From: Anthoceros angustus
Taxonomy: Eukaryota > Plantae > Anthocerotophyta
Length of the DNA stretch: 64,000 bases
NCBI GenBank assembly: GCA_010909165.1
Contig: VJWM01000025.1
Span: 682,001-746,000 of the forward strand
Reading direction: 5' to 3'
Below are positions 52,308-62,596 of the stretch, piece by piece (within the stretch, counting starts at the first letter, position 1; each line of letters starts with the position of its first letter). A model generated the notes under the pieces. It was not told where the DNA came from. It saw only the letters and a list, made by a program, of their open reading frames with translations, and ran no database searches. Made by a program: the position numbers and the translations under genes.

Positions 52308-52447
52308 TTCTGCTCATTTCCGCAGCAGCAGCAGCAACAGCACAAGCCTTTTGCTCATTTCAGCAGCAGCAGCAACAGCACAAGCCTTTTGCTCATTTCC
52401 GCAGCAGCAACATCACAAGCCTTCTGCTCGTTTCCGCAGCAGCAACA
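52308..52447. repeat. CAG-rich tandem repeat, 4 imperfect units (GCTCATTTCCGCAGCAGCA..CACAAGCCTT)
   Basis: Direct inspection. Confidence 0.85.
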
Positions 52448-53064
52448 TGACAAGAATGGTGAGATCAGCGCAGTACGTACATGATGGCGCTGATTGAGGA
52501 ATAGAGGAGGGGGACATTTGTCCAACTGTGTGAATGTGCTGGCTTTTCTCTATGGAGTATAGCTTCACTACAAAAAAACCTTTGTAGATGTGGATCCGCT
52601 CGAATCAGGGAAGTGCACTCCGCAAGTGAGTCCTTCACTCCACCTCTTACGCGGTGCAGCTCCTTGCGTTAACGCACGCTAGGTCGAATTCAGACAAGAT
52701 TGCCTCCTGCAGGCTTCTAACCTTTCGCCTGAGAGAATCTTTCCTTTCCCGGTCGAAATGGAGGGAATCAGCATCGTTCTCTGATCGAGCACCATTTCAC
52801 ACCATTCCTTTGATTGCGTCCAAGTGTATTGAAGCACCACGCCATCCGGGCTTGGCTATGCGGAGCCTGGCGGGACTGAGAGAGCGCCTCATTTACTCGT
52901 TGATCGTGGTGGTCCGAAACCCTAAACCTTAGCTAGAAGACTCTGAACTCCGATGGGGAATTAGCCTTCTTCACTCATATTATGATTCCTGTCTATGATC
53001 GAAGTTTGCAGTAGATAATGATCTCACGGAGAGTGGCAAGGGAGACTTGTGCTTCCCGTTGCCA

Positions 53065-56000
53065 ATGCTGAATGGAGCATGGGAAGAGATCATGTCTGAT
53101 GTGTTTACTCTAAGGTGGGGCCTGTCTGGAAAATTCCACCATGTAGGTGAGGAACAAAGGAAACCCAGAAACATCGCCCCAGCAACCGAAATCCTGTCGA
53201 GGAAGGATGCACAACTCCCGGCAGCCGCCTGCTGCTTCCACAGGCTTATCTTGTGCTCCTGCGGAAACATGGTTGTCCGGAGTGTTGCAATCGAACCACG
53301 CAGAGGGCATGGGGACCCGTTGTTGGGACTGCTTTTGTGCACTCAACAAAGCTGTGGGTTGATGGGCATTGTAGGAAAATTTCCTGCTCGCCTGACTTCA
53401 GGGAACCAAGTGTTGGCATTGGGACTCGGTGGTTGCAGCACCTCTGTATGCGAGCCAGCAGCCCGTCCAGCAGGATGTTCCGGCTGGCATACGCAGAGCC
53501 AGGATATCCTCTGGTTAAACAAATTGCACCAGCCAGCCTGGGCGGATGCTTCAGCTACTGATGTGCGCATGCGGGGGATAGGTCGTTGTCTTGCACGTGA
53601 CGATGGGGGCGTTTTTGCTGAATGCGTGAGCAAGCTATGTCGTGATGGCGATCTCAGCCAGGCCGTCCAGGCTCTGGAAGCTCTGGTGCACACGGACCGT
53701 CGTATTCCCAAATCTCTCTTCTACACTGTGCTGAAAAAATGTGTGGTAAAGAGGGATCTTGTCCTGGGTAGCCGGGTGCATGATTTCACTGTGAGAAACG
53801 GGTACCAGTCAGACACGTTCCTGGGCTTCCACTTCCTGCGAATGTATGCTTCGCATGGCAGGTTGCAAGACGCGAGGGATGTGTTTGAACTGGTCTCCAA
53901 TCCAGATGCCTTCACGTGGGCTGCCATCATCTCTGCGCATGTTAAACAGGGAGAAGACAAGCAGGCTATAGAGCTGTATCATCGGATGCGGAGGTCCGGG
54001 GTGACGCCAGACGGGCATGTTTTTGTGGCTGCCCTTCAGGCTTGTGCCAAGGCCGGAGACCTGGCCTCGGGGCAGCAGGTGCATGCTCATGTTTTGTCCA
54101 CTGGGGTGCAGCCTGATTTGTTCGTCAGTAACTGCCTGGTGGACATGTACGCAAAGTGTGGTAGGCTGGAGAACGCTCAGAGAGTTTTTGACGGACTTGG
54201 CCATAAAGATGTGGTGACTTGGAATACCATGATAGGAGGGTATTCCCAACGGGGCATGGGAGATGAGGCCCTTCGTCTCTACAGTGCTATGCAATATGAA
54301 GGCATCGTAGCCGACTCTGTGACGTTCTTGTGCCTCCTGCAGGCGTGTGCAAGTGTGAGCACCGAGGCGTTGGAGAAGGGGAAGCATCTTCACGCAGAAC
54401 TTAGGGAACGGGGTTATGAATCTGATGTTATTGTAGCCAACAGTTTGGTGAGTATGTATGCAAAGTGTGGCAGCTTAGAGGATGCCCAGAGAGTTTTCGA
54501 TGGGCTTGGTCGGAAGGATGTGGTGACATGGAATGCCATGATAGCAGGGTATTCCCAGCAGGGCATGGGCCAGGAGGCTCTTCATCTCTACAGGGCTATG
54601 CAAGAAGACGGCAGGGCTGTACCTGATTCCATGATATTTGTGTGCCTCTTGCAGGCATGTGCAAGTTTGGGCACTGTAGCCCTGGAGAAGGGGAAGCAGC
54701 TGCATGCGGAAATTCGGGAACGAGCACTTGAAGCTGATGTGTTTGTAGGCAGCAGTCTTGTAAACATGTATGCAAAGTGTGGCAGCTTGGAGGACGCTCA
54801 GGGAGTCTTTGACGGACTTGCGCAAAAAAATGTGGTGACATGGAATGCGTTGATAGTAGGGTACTCCCACCATGGTAGGGGGCAGGAAGCCCTTCATCTC
54901 TACAGTGTTATGCAACGACAAGGGATGGCTGCACCCAATTCTGTGACGTTTGTTTGCCTCCTGCAGGCGTGTGCATGTATGGGTACCCGGGCATTGGAGA
55001 AGGGGAAAACTCTTCATGCACAGATTAGAGAACGAGAGCTTGAAGGTGATAGTTTTGTGGCCAACAGTTTGGTGAACATGTACTCAAAGTGTGGCAGCGT
55101 TGATGATGCACAAAGAGTGTTTGATGGACTTGTTTACAAAGATGTGGTCACGTGGTCTGCCATGATAGCAGGATATTGTCAGCAGGGCATGGGCCAGGAA
55201 GCACTTTCTCTGTACAGTGCAATGCAGGAAGAAGGCGTGGTTGTGCCCAGTACAGTGACATTTGTGTGCCTTCTGCAGGCATGTGCAAGTGTGGGCAGCC
55301 TGGCGTTGCAGAAGGGAAAGCACCTGCACAGACAGATTAGAAAACGAGGACATGAAGCTGATGTGTATGTAGCCAGCAGCTTGGTGAACATGTATGCAAA
55401 GTGTGGCAGCTTGGAAGATGCTCAGAAAGTGTTTGACAGACTTGGTGAAAAAAGTCTGGGGGCCTGGACTGCCATGATAGCAGGGTATTCCCAGAAGGGC
55501 ATGGGCCAGGAAGCCCTTCATGTCTACCGTGCGATGCAGGAAGATGGTATGCCTTTACCCGATTCCGTGACATTTGTCTGTCTCCTGCAGGCATGTGCAA
55601 ATGTGGCAGCTTTGCATTTGGGAAGGCAGCTGCATGCGCAGATTGTAGAACTAGGGCTGCAAGCCGACTTATGTATAGCAGGCAGTTTGATTAGCATGTA
55701 TGGAAAGTGCTGGAGCATGGGTGATGCACAGAAGGTGTTTGATGAATTGCCTGAAAGGAATGTCATCACCTGGAGTGCATTGATTGCAGGCTACACCTCC
55801 CAAGGAGAGAGTGAAGTGGTGTTGGACTTGGTCCACAGAATGAGAGAGGATTGCATACAACCAAATGGGATCACTTTCCTTAGTGTACTGACGGTGTGCA
55901 GTCATGCCGGTCTAGTGATGAAGGCGTGGGAGTACTTTAAGGCCATGAGCAGCGACTATAGCATCACTCCCACGTCAGACCACTACGCATGCATGGTGGA

Positions 56001-56364
56001 TGTCCTGGGCCGTGCAGGTCAGCTGGATGAGGCACTAGCTTTGGTGAGATCGATGCCTGTACCGCCTTCTGCTGCAGTTTGGCACACTCTGTTGGGTGCT
56101 TGTCGAAAATGGAGCAATGTTGAGGTGGGGCTTCTTGCTTTCAACGAATCAGTAAAGCTAGAGGGGAAAGATGCTGCAACATATGTGTTGATGTCCAACA
56201 TATACACAGCTGTCCAGATGTGGAGGCAGGCGGAGGAGATGCAGGCGAGGAGAAAAAGAATCAGAGCATGGAAGCAGCCAGGTCAGAGCTGGTGGACAGA
56301 CAAGGAGGGCCTGGTGCACAGCTTTTTGGTTGGGGATGAGAAGCAGCATCCCCATGGAGTCTAG
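53065..56364 (+). CDS. PLS-class PPR protein, P-L-S tract + E1-E2 + WW-type PG box, DYW domain truncated (E+-like); organellar RNA editing specificity factor
   Basis: Intact ~1100-aa ORF; about 7 PLS triplets, P2-L2-S2, E1/E2, KQPGQSWWTD...HSFLVGD..HP then stop; no HxE or CxxC. Confidence 0.93.
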   Translation: MLNGAWEEIMSDVFTLRWGLSGKFHHVGEEQRKPRNIAPATEILSRKDAQLPAAACCFHRLILCSCGNMVVRSVAIEPRRGHGDPLLGLLLCTQQSCGLMGIVGKFPARLTSGNQVLALGLGGCSTSVCEPAARPAGCSGWHTQSQDILWLNKLHQPAWADASATDVRMRGIGRCLARDDGGVFAECVSKLCRDGDLSQAVQALEALVHTDRRIPKSLFYTVLKKCVVKRDLVLGSRVHDFTVRNGYQSDTFLGFHFLRMYASHGRLQDARDVFELVSNPDAFTWAAIISAHVKQGEDKQAIELYHRMRRSGVTPDGHVFVAALQACAKAGDLASGQQVHAHVLSTGVQPDLFVSNCLVDMYAKCGRLENAQRVFDGLGHKDVVTWNTMIGGYSQRGMGDEALRLYSAMQYEGIVADSVTFLCLLQACASVSTEALEKGKHLHAELRERGYESDVIVANSLVSMYAKCGSLEDAQRVFDGLGRKDVVTWNAMIAGYSQQGMGQEALHLYRAMQEDGRAVPDSMIFVCLLQACASLGTVALEKGKQLHAEIRERALEADVFVGSSLVNMYAKCGSLEDAQGVFDGLAQKNVVTWNALIVGYSHHGRGQEALHLYSVMQRQGMAAPNSVTFVCLLQACACMGTRALEKGKTLHAQIRERELEGDSFVANSLVNMYSKCGSVDDAQRVFDGLVYKDVVTWSAMIAGYCQQGMGQEALSLYSAMQEEGVVVPSTVTFVCLLQACASVGSLALQKGKHLHRQIRKRGHEADVYVASSLVNMYAKCGSLEDAQKVFDRLGEKSLGAWTAMIAGYSQKGMGQEALHVYRAMQEDGMPLPDSVTFVCLLQACANVAALHLGRQLHAQIVELGLQADLCIAGSLISMYGKCWSMGDAQKVFDELPERNVITWSALIAGYTSQGESEVVLDLVHRMREDCIQPNGITFLSVLTVCSHAGLVMKAWEYFKAMSSDYSITPTSDHYACMVDVLGRAGQLDEALALVRSMPVPPSAAVWHTLLGACRKWSNVEVGLLAFNESVKLEGKDAATYVLMSNIYTAVQMWRQAEEMQARRKRIRAWKQPGQSWWTDKEGLVHSFLVGDEKQHPHGV

Positions 56365-57034
56365 CACTTCTGAAGCAGGTATTTTCCAGAACCAAGAGAG
56401 AATGATATGGACCAGAGCTGGACTCCTCTGTTCTGAACATACCTGATCATACAGAGAAAAGGTCCATCAGCCGATGTCTAGCTTCCAACTGTGGCCGCAC
56501 AAATATGCCTCACTAAACAATTGGCTCATAGTGATCTGTAATTAATTTGCGGATCTGTGTTGATTGCTATGTTGCCGAGAGAATCCAGCTATCCTCTCTT
56601 GGGATGCGATCGTGATTCCTGTGATGAATGCTGAGGCAGGTACTTTACACTGCATGTCATGGAATTCAAATTTACACTTGACGTTGAATTTTCATACCTT
56701 GTTGGGAATCTGCTGAATCTTGGACCTGGCGGCATGCCACGGGAGAGATCGCAAGGCGGATCGCTTTTGCTGCGCCTGGTGGTTGATGCGCAGAAGGCAT
56801 GATATGCATGAGATTCCAGGGTTCAGGGTTCAGGAGGAGAAGGCATGATATTCTAGGTAGTGCTCGTGATGAGCTCGGGGCTTGCATCCGTTGGCCATGG
56901 ATTGTGGGGTAGCGAGTATTGGCAGCAAGGCAAACAAGTAGCATGGGAACCTGCTGGTATCTCGTGTGGCCATGGTAACAGCATGGAAACAGCCAGCTTG
57001 TCCAGGAGGGTTGCTGGTTGAAGACGGATCTTTC

Positions 57035-57400
57035 AGTGAGGAAGTGTTTCAAGTGGTTGCAAAACCAGATGCCTTCATGTGGTCTGCCATAATCTCTGCG
57101 CATGTTAAACATGGACAGGACAAGGGGGCCATAGAACTTCATCATCAGATGCGGAGGTCCAGTGTGAAGTCTGATGGGCTTGTGTTTGTGGCAGCCCTGC
57201 AGGTTCGTGCACGGGGTATCTTGTCTGTTTCCAGTGGCTTGGAGGACATATCGAAGTGTGGCAGTTAGGAGGATACTCACTGTGTTTTTGACGGACTTAG
57301 TGAACAGACTGTAGTGACGTGGACTACCCTGATTGCAGGATATTCTCAGCAGGGCATGAAAGCAGAAAGGCCTTCGTCTCCATGTATGGATGTCATTTAT
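57035..57400 (+). pseudogene. PLS PPR fragment
   Basis: VFQVVAKPDAFMWSAIISAHVKHG, VVTWTTLIAGYSQQG with deletions and a stop. Confidence 0.85.
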
Positions 57401-57644
57401 ACATCATCTGCTATGGCTGAGGTACGAAGCTTATCAAGTTCAGTTGCTTTCAAGTTCGGTGCCACATGCGTATGTCTGCAGGGCAATTCGCTTTTTAGAC
57501 AGTTGCTTTGGCAACAGGTGAGGCAGCTGTGACGATTTTGCATAGCAACGTGTATTCTGCCTCACCTGTAGTCTCTGATCTACTTATGAACTCCTCCTAA
57601 TCTGTTGCAAACCTTGACAATGAGGTTGAACACCTTTTCCGTTT

Positions 57645-58050
57645 CTACACTTGCTTCCAGCAGCCCAAGTCCAGGTAAGGGTCCAGGGAGTGAAGGCTCT
57701 TCCTCACAAGATGCTTGTAGGGCCAAGAGGGCAGCCACCTCCAAGCGGCAGGTGTTGGACGCAAATCCAGACTCACGATCTGTTCCAGGTCGTCGTTCAT
57801 GATGTATACGTGGGAATCCGGCACGGCCACGACCTTACGCTGGGGCGGTGGTAAAATTTGGCATCTACCGGAGGGCAGCGCCATTTCCCCAGGAAGCTAG
57901 CGAGCATAGGTGCGGGCATGGCGTCCACCAGCGTCCAGGCCCAGCTCCCAAATCTCCAGACTGCACATTCTTTCCCCCTTTTTTCTGCCTAGGGCCACGC
58001 AAAGGAACCGGTCGAGCACGTTAACGAGGTTGTAGGAGAGCATGTAGAAG
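57645..58050 (-). pseudogene. F-box family C-terminal fragment
   Basis: YNLVNVLDRFLCVALG, LEIWEL..WTLVDAMP, IVSLDLRPTPAAWRWLPSWPY..SLHSLDP; paralog of the 10.4-kb gene. Confidence 0.75.
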
Positions 58051-58517
58051 GCCTTGGAAGCAGGGTGTCATTTTGACCGAGTACTATCTCAGTCCCGGGA
58101 CTGCCTAGCCTGGCTACGCTCGGTCCCGGACCGAGGAGGGACCGTGCCTTTTTGCGACCCTTGGTCACTAGATATAATATACTAAATAAATAATTTATAA
58201 ATAATAATATAAAAGACTGCAGCCGGCAGACTTGCGTCCATGATAAGATGGGTCCATGTGTCCATAATAAATATAAATCCTTGGATATAAAATTAAGTAA
58301 TTTACTAATTTTAAACCGGACCTTTTATGAACCCTCGGTCCCTTATGCTAGATTCCCATGTAGCTCGGACTCTGAGCGTTTTTTCCGGGGATTTTTTTCC
58401 CGGTTACATGTGAACGATCCCATACCGGAACTCATGACCGACAGTTGCCAAGTGCTTGAAACCAACGGGCTGGCCTTGGGCTGTTCGCGATCGAACTCAA
58501 GTGTCGCTATGGACACA

Positions 58518-58593
58518 CAAGCAGCTACGTTTTAGGTTGAAGCAAGCAGCTACGTTTTAGGTTGAAGCAAGCAGCTACGTTTTAGGTTGAAGC
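58518..58593. repeat. 25-bp tandem repeat x3 (CAAGCAGCTACGTTTTAGGTTGAAG)
   Basis: Direct inspection. Confidence 0.95.
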
Positions 58594-59270
58594 TCAGGGA
58601 TTGACAATCTATGGCCAATGTGGAGCAAATGGTCGTCTATGGCGTAGCCCTTGCTACACTAAGTGTAGTTCGAGACTTGTTTTATTTACTGAATTACTTT
58701 GAAAGGAGTAGTGATGTTGCCATCACCGATTGCGGGCTATCTTTAAGATCTGTGAGCATGGATGACCAGAGACTTCTAGATGATGCTCTTGATAACATTG
58801 TTCTGTTATGTCAACAATTGGACCTTGTAAGTGTGCTGTACATTATCCCCAGTGTGGGTTTGGAGGAGCAAAGGACCTCCTCCCTCGCTCATGCTCAAAC
58901 CTGGAGCTACACCATAAGACAAATGTTGAGATTGATACACGTTTCTGTAAGCAATGTCTTCACAATTTGCAGCATGCTTCACACTTGATACCTACCAGGT
59001 ATGCTTGGCACATTGAATCCACCCGGAGGTCTTGCTGAAGTCAATAGCAGAAACAAAAGAGTCCATCTGTACAATGCACCCATGAGTGATGTCGTGGAAA
59101 TGCTGCAACAAATCAAGGGATCCAAGCTGATGGTTGAGGAGTTTTACAACCAAGCTGATGTTACCTACAATGATGAGAGGATAATTAAGCTGCAAGCTTA
59201 TGACATCCAGTTGGATTCAGAGTCAACAAGCTGGGGAACTTCCAGCTCGGTTTCGGGAACTGTTGCAGAG

Positions 59271-61208
59271 AACATGATAATTTTTGAAGGGGGGGAATAT
59301 AGTAACCCCCTTCGGTCGAGACAGCACCCCCTTGTCACGATGTACGCCCTTCCTCCAACAGCATATCTACCCTACTTTGATAATGCGCACACCCTTTCTG
59401 AACCCATACCTTTGATAAAAGACGCACTTTCAAGTTTACACTCCAAAACTAGAGCACAGTAGGGTGTGGGGCCGTCTGCGTTTTTGTAGAATGCATAAAG
59501 GGCTGCCATTTTCATATGTTTATTACAACCGAAAACTTTTACTTTCAAGTGGTGGAACACAATGAAAACAATCCTATATTAGCGGGAGTCTTATTTCAGT
59601 GGTCGTGAGAACATTTCAACAAACAACTGCTAAAGGAGGAAGTGGTCATCAGCATCGACAATAGTCATTCAAGAGTGCGGCCGAGCGACTCGTCTATGCC
59701 TTGCGCCGATACTGAGTCAAGGACCACCACCAAATTCCGAAGGCGGTCCATATCCTCTGCATCGAAGCTGTCATTCTCCTCCAATGCTTGCTCGTATTCA
59801 TTAGTATAATTCTTGGGCTGAGCTTCGGATGGTGTCTACTGCCACACAACATTTAGGGTCTGTTGACCCTCATCCAAAAGCTCGCCAATCGTGGTCTTCA
59901 ACCTTCTGGCACTCAATGCAACCACTTGGGCACGCCGGCCGGCCGGCGCCCATGGGCAGGGTGTGCTAGGGGGATGATAAGAAAGGAACGGCAGGTATCC
60001 TATCACCGACGGAAGGTGTGGCCTATTTGCAAGAAGGGTTAAAATATTTGCGTCCATAGGTGACTACTGAAGAGTACAAGTGGTGGAAAGCCTTTTGGGT
60101 GGACTAGAAGGAGATTGCTATCATTGTGAAGAATAACATTGGGCTAGTGCTACAGCATCCTTGGAAGTGGTTTTCACGTGCAGAAGTGGATCATACGGCT
60201 TGACCACTTCAAATGCCCGATGAAGCTTTGTTGGATGAGGCATTATTGAGGGACCTCCCATAGCATGATATGTACTTGGGGGCATATCAAAATGCCGGAA
60301 GGCAACAGTGGGAATGGCGTGGATGAATGGAGACATAATGAAAATCCGGAGGGGGATGTTTCTGGCAGTGTCGTGCACTACAGACACGCATAACAGGCCA
60401 TTCTGGATTGGGGAGAGTCATTGACGCGAAGCTAGATGCACCAGGACCTCACTTTCTTATCCACTGGTATCGGACCAAGCCCACAGATGCGTACGAAGGG
60501 AGATATGTGTAGGAATACATAGTCCGTCAGAGTGCTAACCCATCTGGTCTGATGCCGAGGAAAAAAGGGAATAAGGTCCATTACCCAAAAAACATACAGA
60601 AGGTGTTTGTGAATGAAACAACCATCTTGTATTATGAGTTTGTGTTGAACGCACGGAAACATGTGTATGCGGTGGACAAAAAAGCGATAAGCTCTGCGAG
60701 TTGCGCGGCCTCATACAGCCTGCGAGTCAAAGTGCCGCTGAAGATAGTGATGACAATCTTTGGAGAAATTTGGACCAAGTGATGACGAAGGATTGAACTA
60801 CGGTGATGAGTGGCGAAATCACGGTTTGTCCGGGGTCCCAGAGTGAATGTTGTGCGTCGGTTCCGGATATTCTTGTGTTTTGGAAATACCACATGTAGCT
60901 TTTGTTGTGTCCTTACTAAACCACATTTTCCTCCCAAAAGCTGAATTCTGATCGTCCCTTCCGTGAACAGCCTTCCTTACCGTTCCTACTTTGCATTAAT
61001 TCCATATGTTCGAGTTTGCGACCACCTTTCGACAAAAACATTGCTGGATGGAAAGTAGGAACTTTAGTGGGTGACACCCTTTTTTTTGGAGATGTTTTCC
61101 AGAATGCCTTAAATACGCTGTTTTAGGGCCCATCAAAAACCCCCTTCAGAGGTTATTTACGGAAAACCCCCTTCGAGATTATTCACCCCCTTCAAAAATT
61201 ATGATGTT
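59271..61208 (+). mobile_element. Non-autonomous TIR DNA transposon (1,938 bp), 29-bp TIRs, 4-bp TSD AGAG; Sola-like
   Basis: Left TIR AACATGATAATTTTTGAAGGGGGGGAATA (59271-59299), right TIR 61180-61208 matches at 27/29; AGAG at 59267-59270 and 61209-61212; frameshifted coding remnant ~60070-60780. Confidence 0.8.
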
Positions 61209-61229
61209 AGAGCCAATGAGGCCCAGATG

Positions 61230-61660
61230 ACGATTGTGACTAGGGGGACTTTTCACCTTGATCAGTGGAGGAAGTCAGGGCGTACTGGATTTCAAACAAC
61301 TAGCTCTCCCACATTTGAGTCCTCCTCAGACATGCAGAAGAGTTTCCAGAATCTTGTTATGACATTCAGGCTTTGGGGCTACAAATTAATGGAGTCGTGC
61401 AGCAAGAGAGTCGACCTTGAGGCTGGGGGGCTCAAACTGCCGCACACCCACCCGCGGGTGTCTAAATTCTGCTGCCTTGTGGAGGGGTGGAGGGAGGGCC
61501 GCTGCACGTGGGGTTCGTCGCCTTGACCACCAACCCGCCTACCAACATCCCACAAAGGGCAGGGCATCGTCTTCCCGCACGTCTTGCTACATTCCACAAG
61601 TATACAAGGAGGCCTTCGCGACATCCTAGGGCAGGCGCTCGGCATGGACGTTTGCCGCCA
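61230..61660 (+). pseudogene. Germin-like protein (cupin) pseudogene
   Basis: RVDLEAGGLKLPHTHPR (germin box), LHVGFV, G.GIVFP..LLH; frameshifted. Confidence 0.8.
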
Positions 61661-61661
61661 A

Positions 61662-61921
61662 GAAGAAGAAGAATTTTATTTAAGTCCACTAAGGACGGAT
61701 TTCCGTCATGGGACTTGGTACTTAACAACTTGTACCATGGTGTGCCTAAGCTACTTGCACCAAGTGCATCCACTCCCTTTAGGCACCCCATCTAAGTACC
61801 GATCTAAGCTCAGGATGCTTAATCACGAGGTTCTTAGGCACACCATGGTACAAGTTGTTAAGTACCAAGTCCCATGACGGAACTCCGTCCTTAGTGGACT
61901 TAAATAAAATTCTTCTTCTTC
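61662..61921. repeat. Inverted repeat with 89-bp arms (61662-61750 / 61833-61921) made of the (TTC)n-tailed element
   Basis: Arms are near-perfect reverse complements around an ~82-bp spacer. Confidence 0.9.
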
Positions 61922-62113
61922 ATTTGGACACACGCCAAGGAATCAAGTTATTTCTCCACCTACGCTCTTCGCGTGCATGTGTATAAGTACATACATGTGA
62001 GGCCATCATCTGCCTTGTGAATCTTGATAAAAGGAAGCGGATGGCCTCATGTGCCTTGTGAATCTTGATAAAAGGAAGCAGAGGAAGAAGACTGAACTTC
62101 GTTTGCCGGGCAC

Positions 62114-62135
62114 TGGAGACGCCGGGTTTCGATCC

Positions 62136-62181
<46 letters not shown>

Positions 62182-62186
62182 CCCCC
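62114..62186 (-). tRNA. trnA-UGC: tRNA-Ala (anticodon UGC)
   Basis: GGGGGTGTAGCTCAATTGGTAGAGCGCGCGCTTTGCATGCGCGAGGTACCGGGATCGAAACCCGGCGTCTCCA, 73 nt cloverleaf, G3:U70 pair; upstream TATA-rich tract and CAA typical of plant tRNA genes. Confidence 0.95.
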
Positions 62187-62251
62187 TTGTGCAAGTGGAT
62201 TTTCTCTCTATATATATTTAATACGTTTTATTTTTATTCTGATTTCACAAT

Positions 62252-62362
62252 TGGACACACATTTATAAGAATGCCGTTGTTAAGCATTCTGCGCTTCGAT
62301 CGATACGTAGATGAGATGCCTTAAGCGAGTGGATGCCCTTGGTTGTTAATACCAAGTCTCAT
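62252..62362 (+). mobile_element. 5' part of the short (TTC)n-tailed repeat
   Basis: TGGACACACATTTATAAGAA...GTGGATGCCCTTGGT. Confidence 0.7.
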
Positions 62363-62461
62363 GACAGGAAAATTCGATCCAAGTGGATGAAATGGTTTAA
62401 AGGTTTAACCCCTAATGGACGAATCGACTCGTTTTGAGTGTTTGGCATCGAAGAACGGCCG

Positions 62462-62596
62462 TATCTTTGTCGTTGGAAGTGGTCCTTGTGGGATGAGGTT
62501 GGCACAATGTGGAGAAGGCAATGGACTATATCTTTGTCGTTGGAAGTGGTCCTTGTGGGATTCGGTTGGCACAATGTGGAGAAGGCAATGGGCTAT
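62462..62596. repeat. ~67-bp tandem duplication
   Basis: TATCTTTGTCGTTGGAAGTGGTCCTTGTGGGAT...GGAGAAGGCAATGG x2. Confidence 0.9.

Noticed and set aside
58061-58165. hAT-like MITE truncating the F-box fragment
   Set aside because: Ends match poorly and no TSD found
59271-59462. C-terminal part of the 153-aa ORF 59001-59462 as real coding sequence
   Set aside because: It is TIR-element DNA; the paralogous copy at ~10.1 kb has an in-frame stop there
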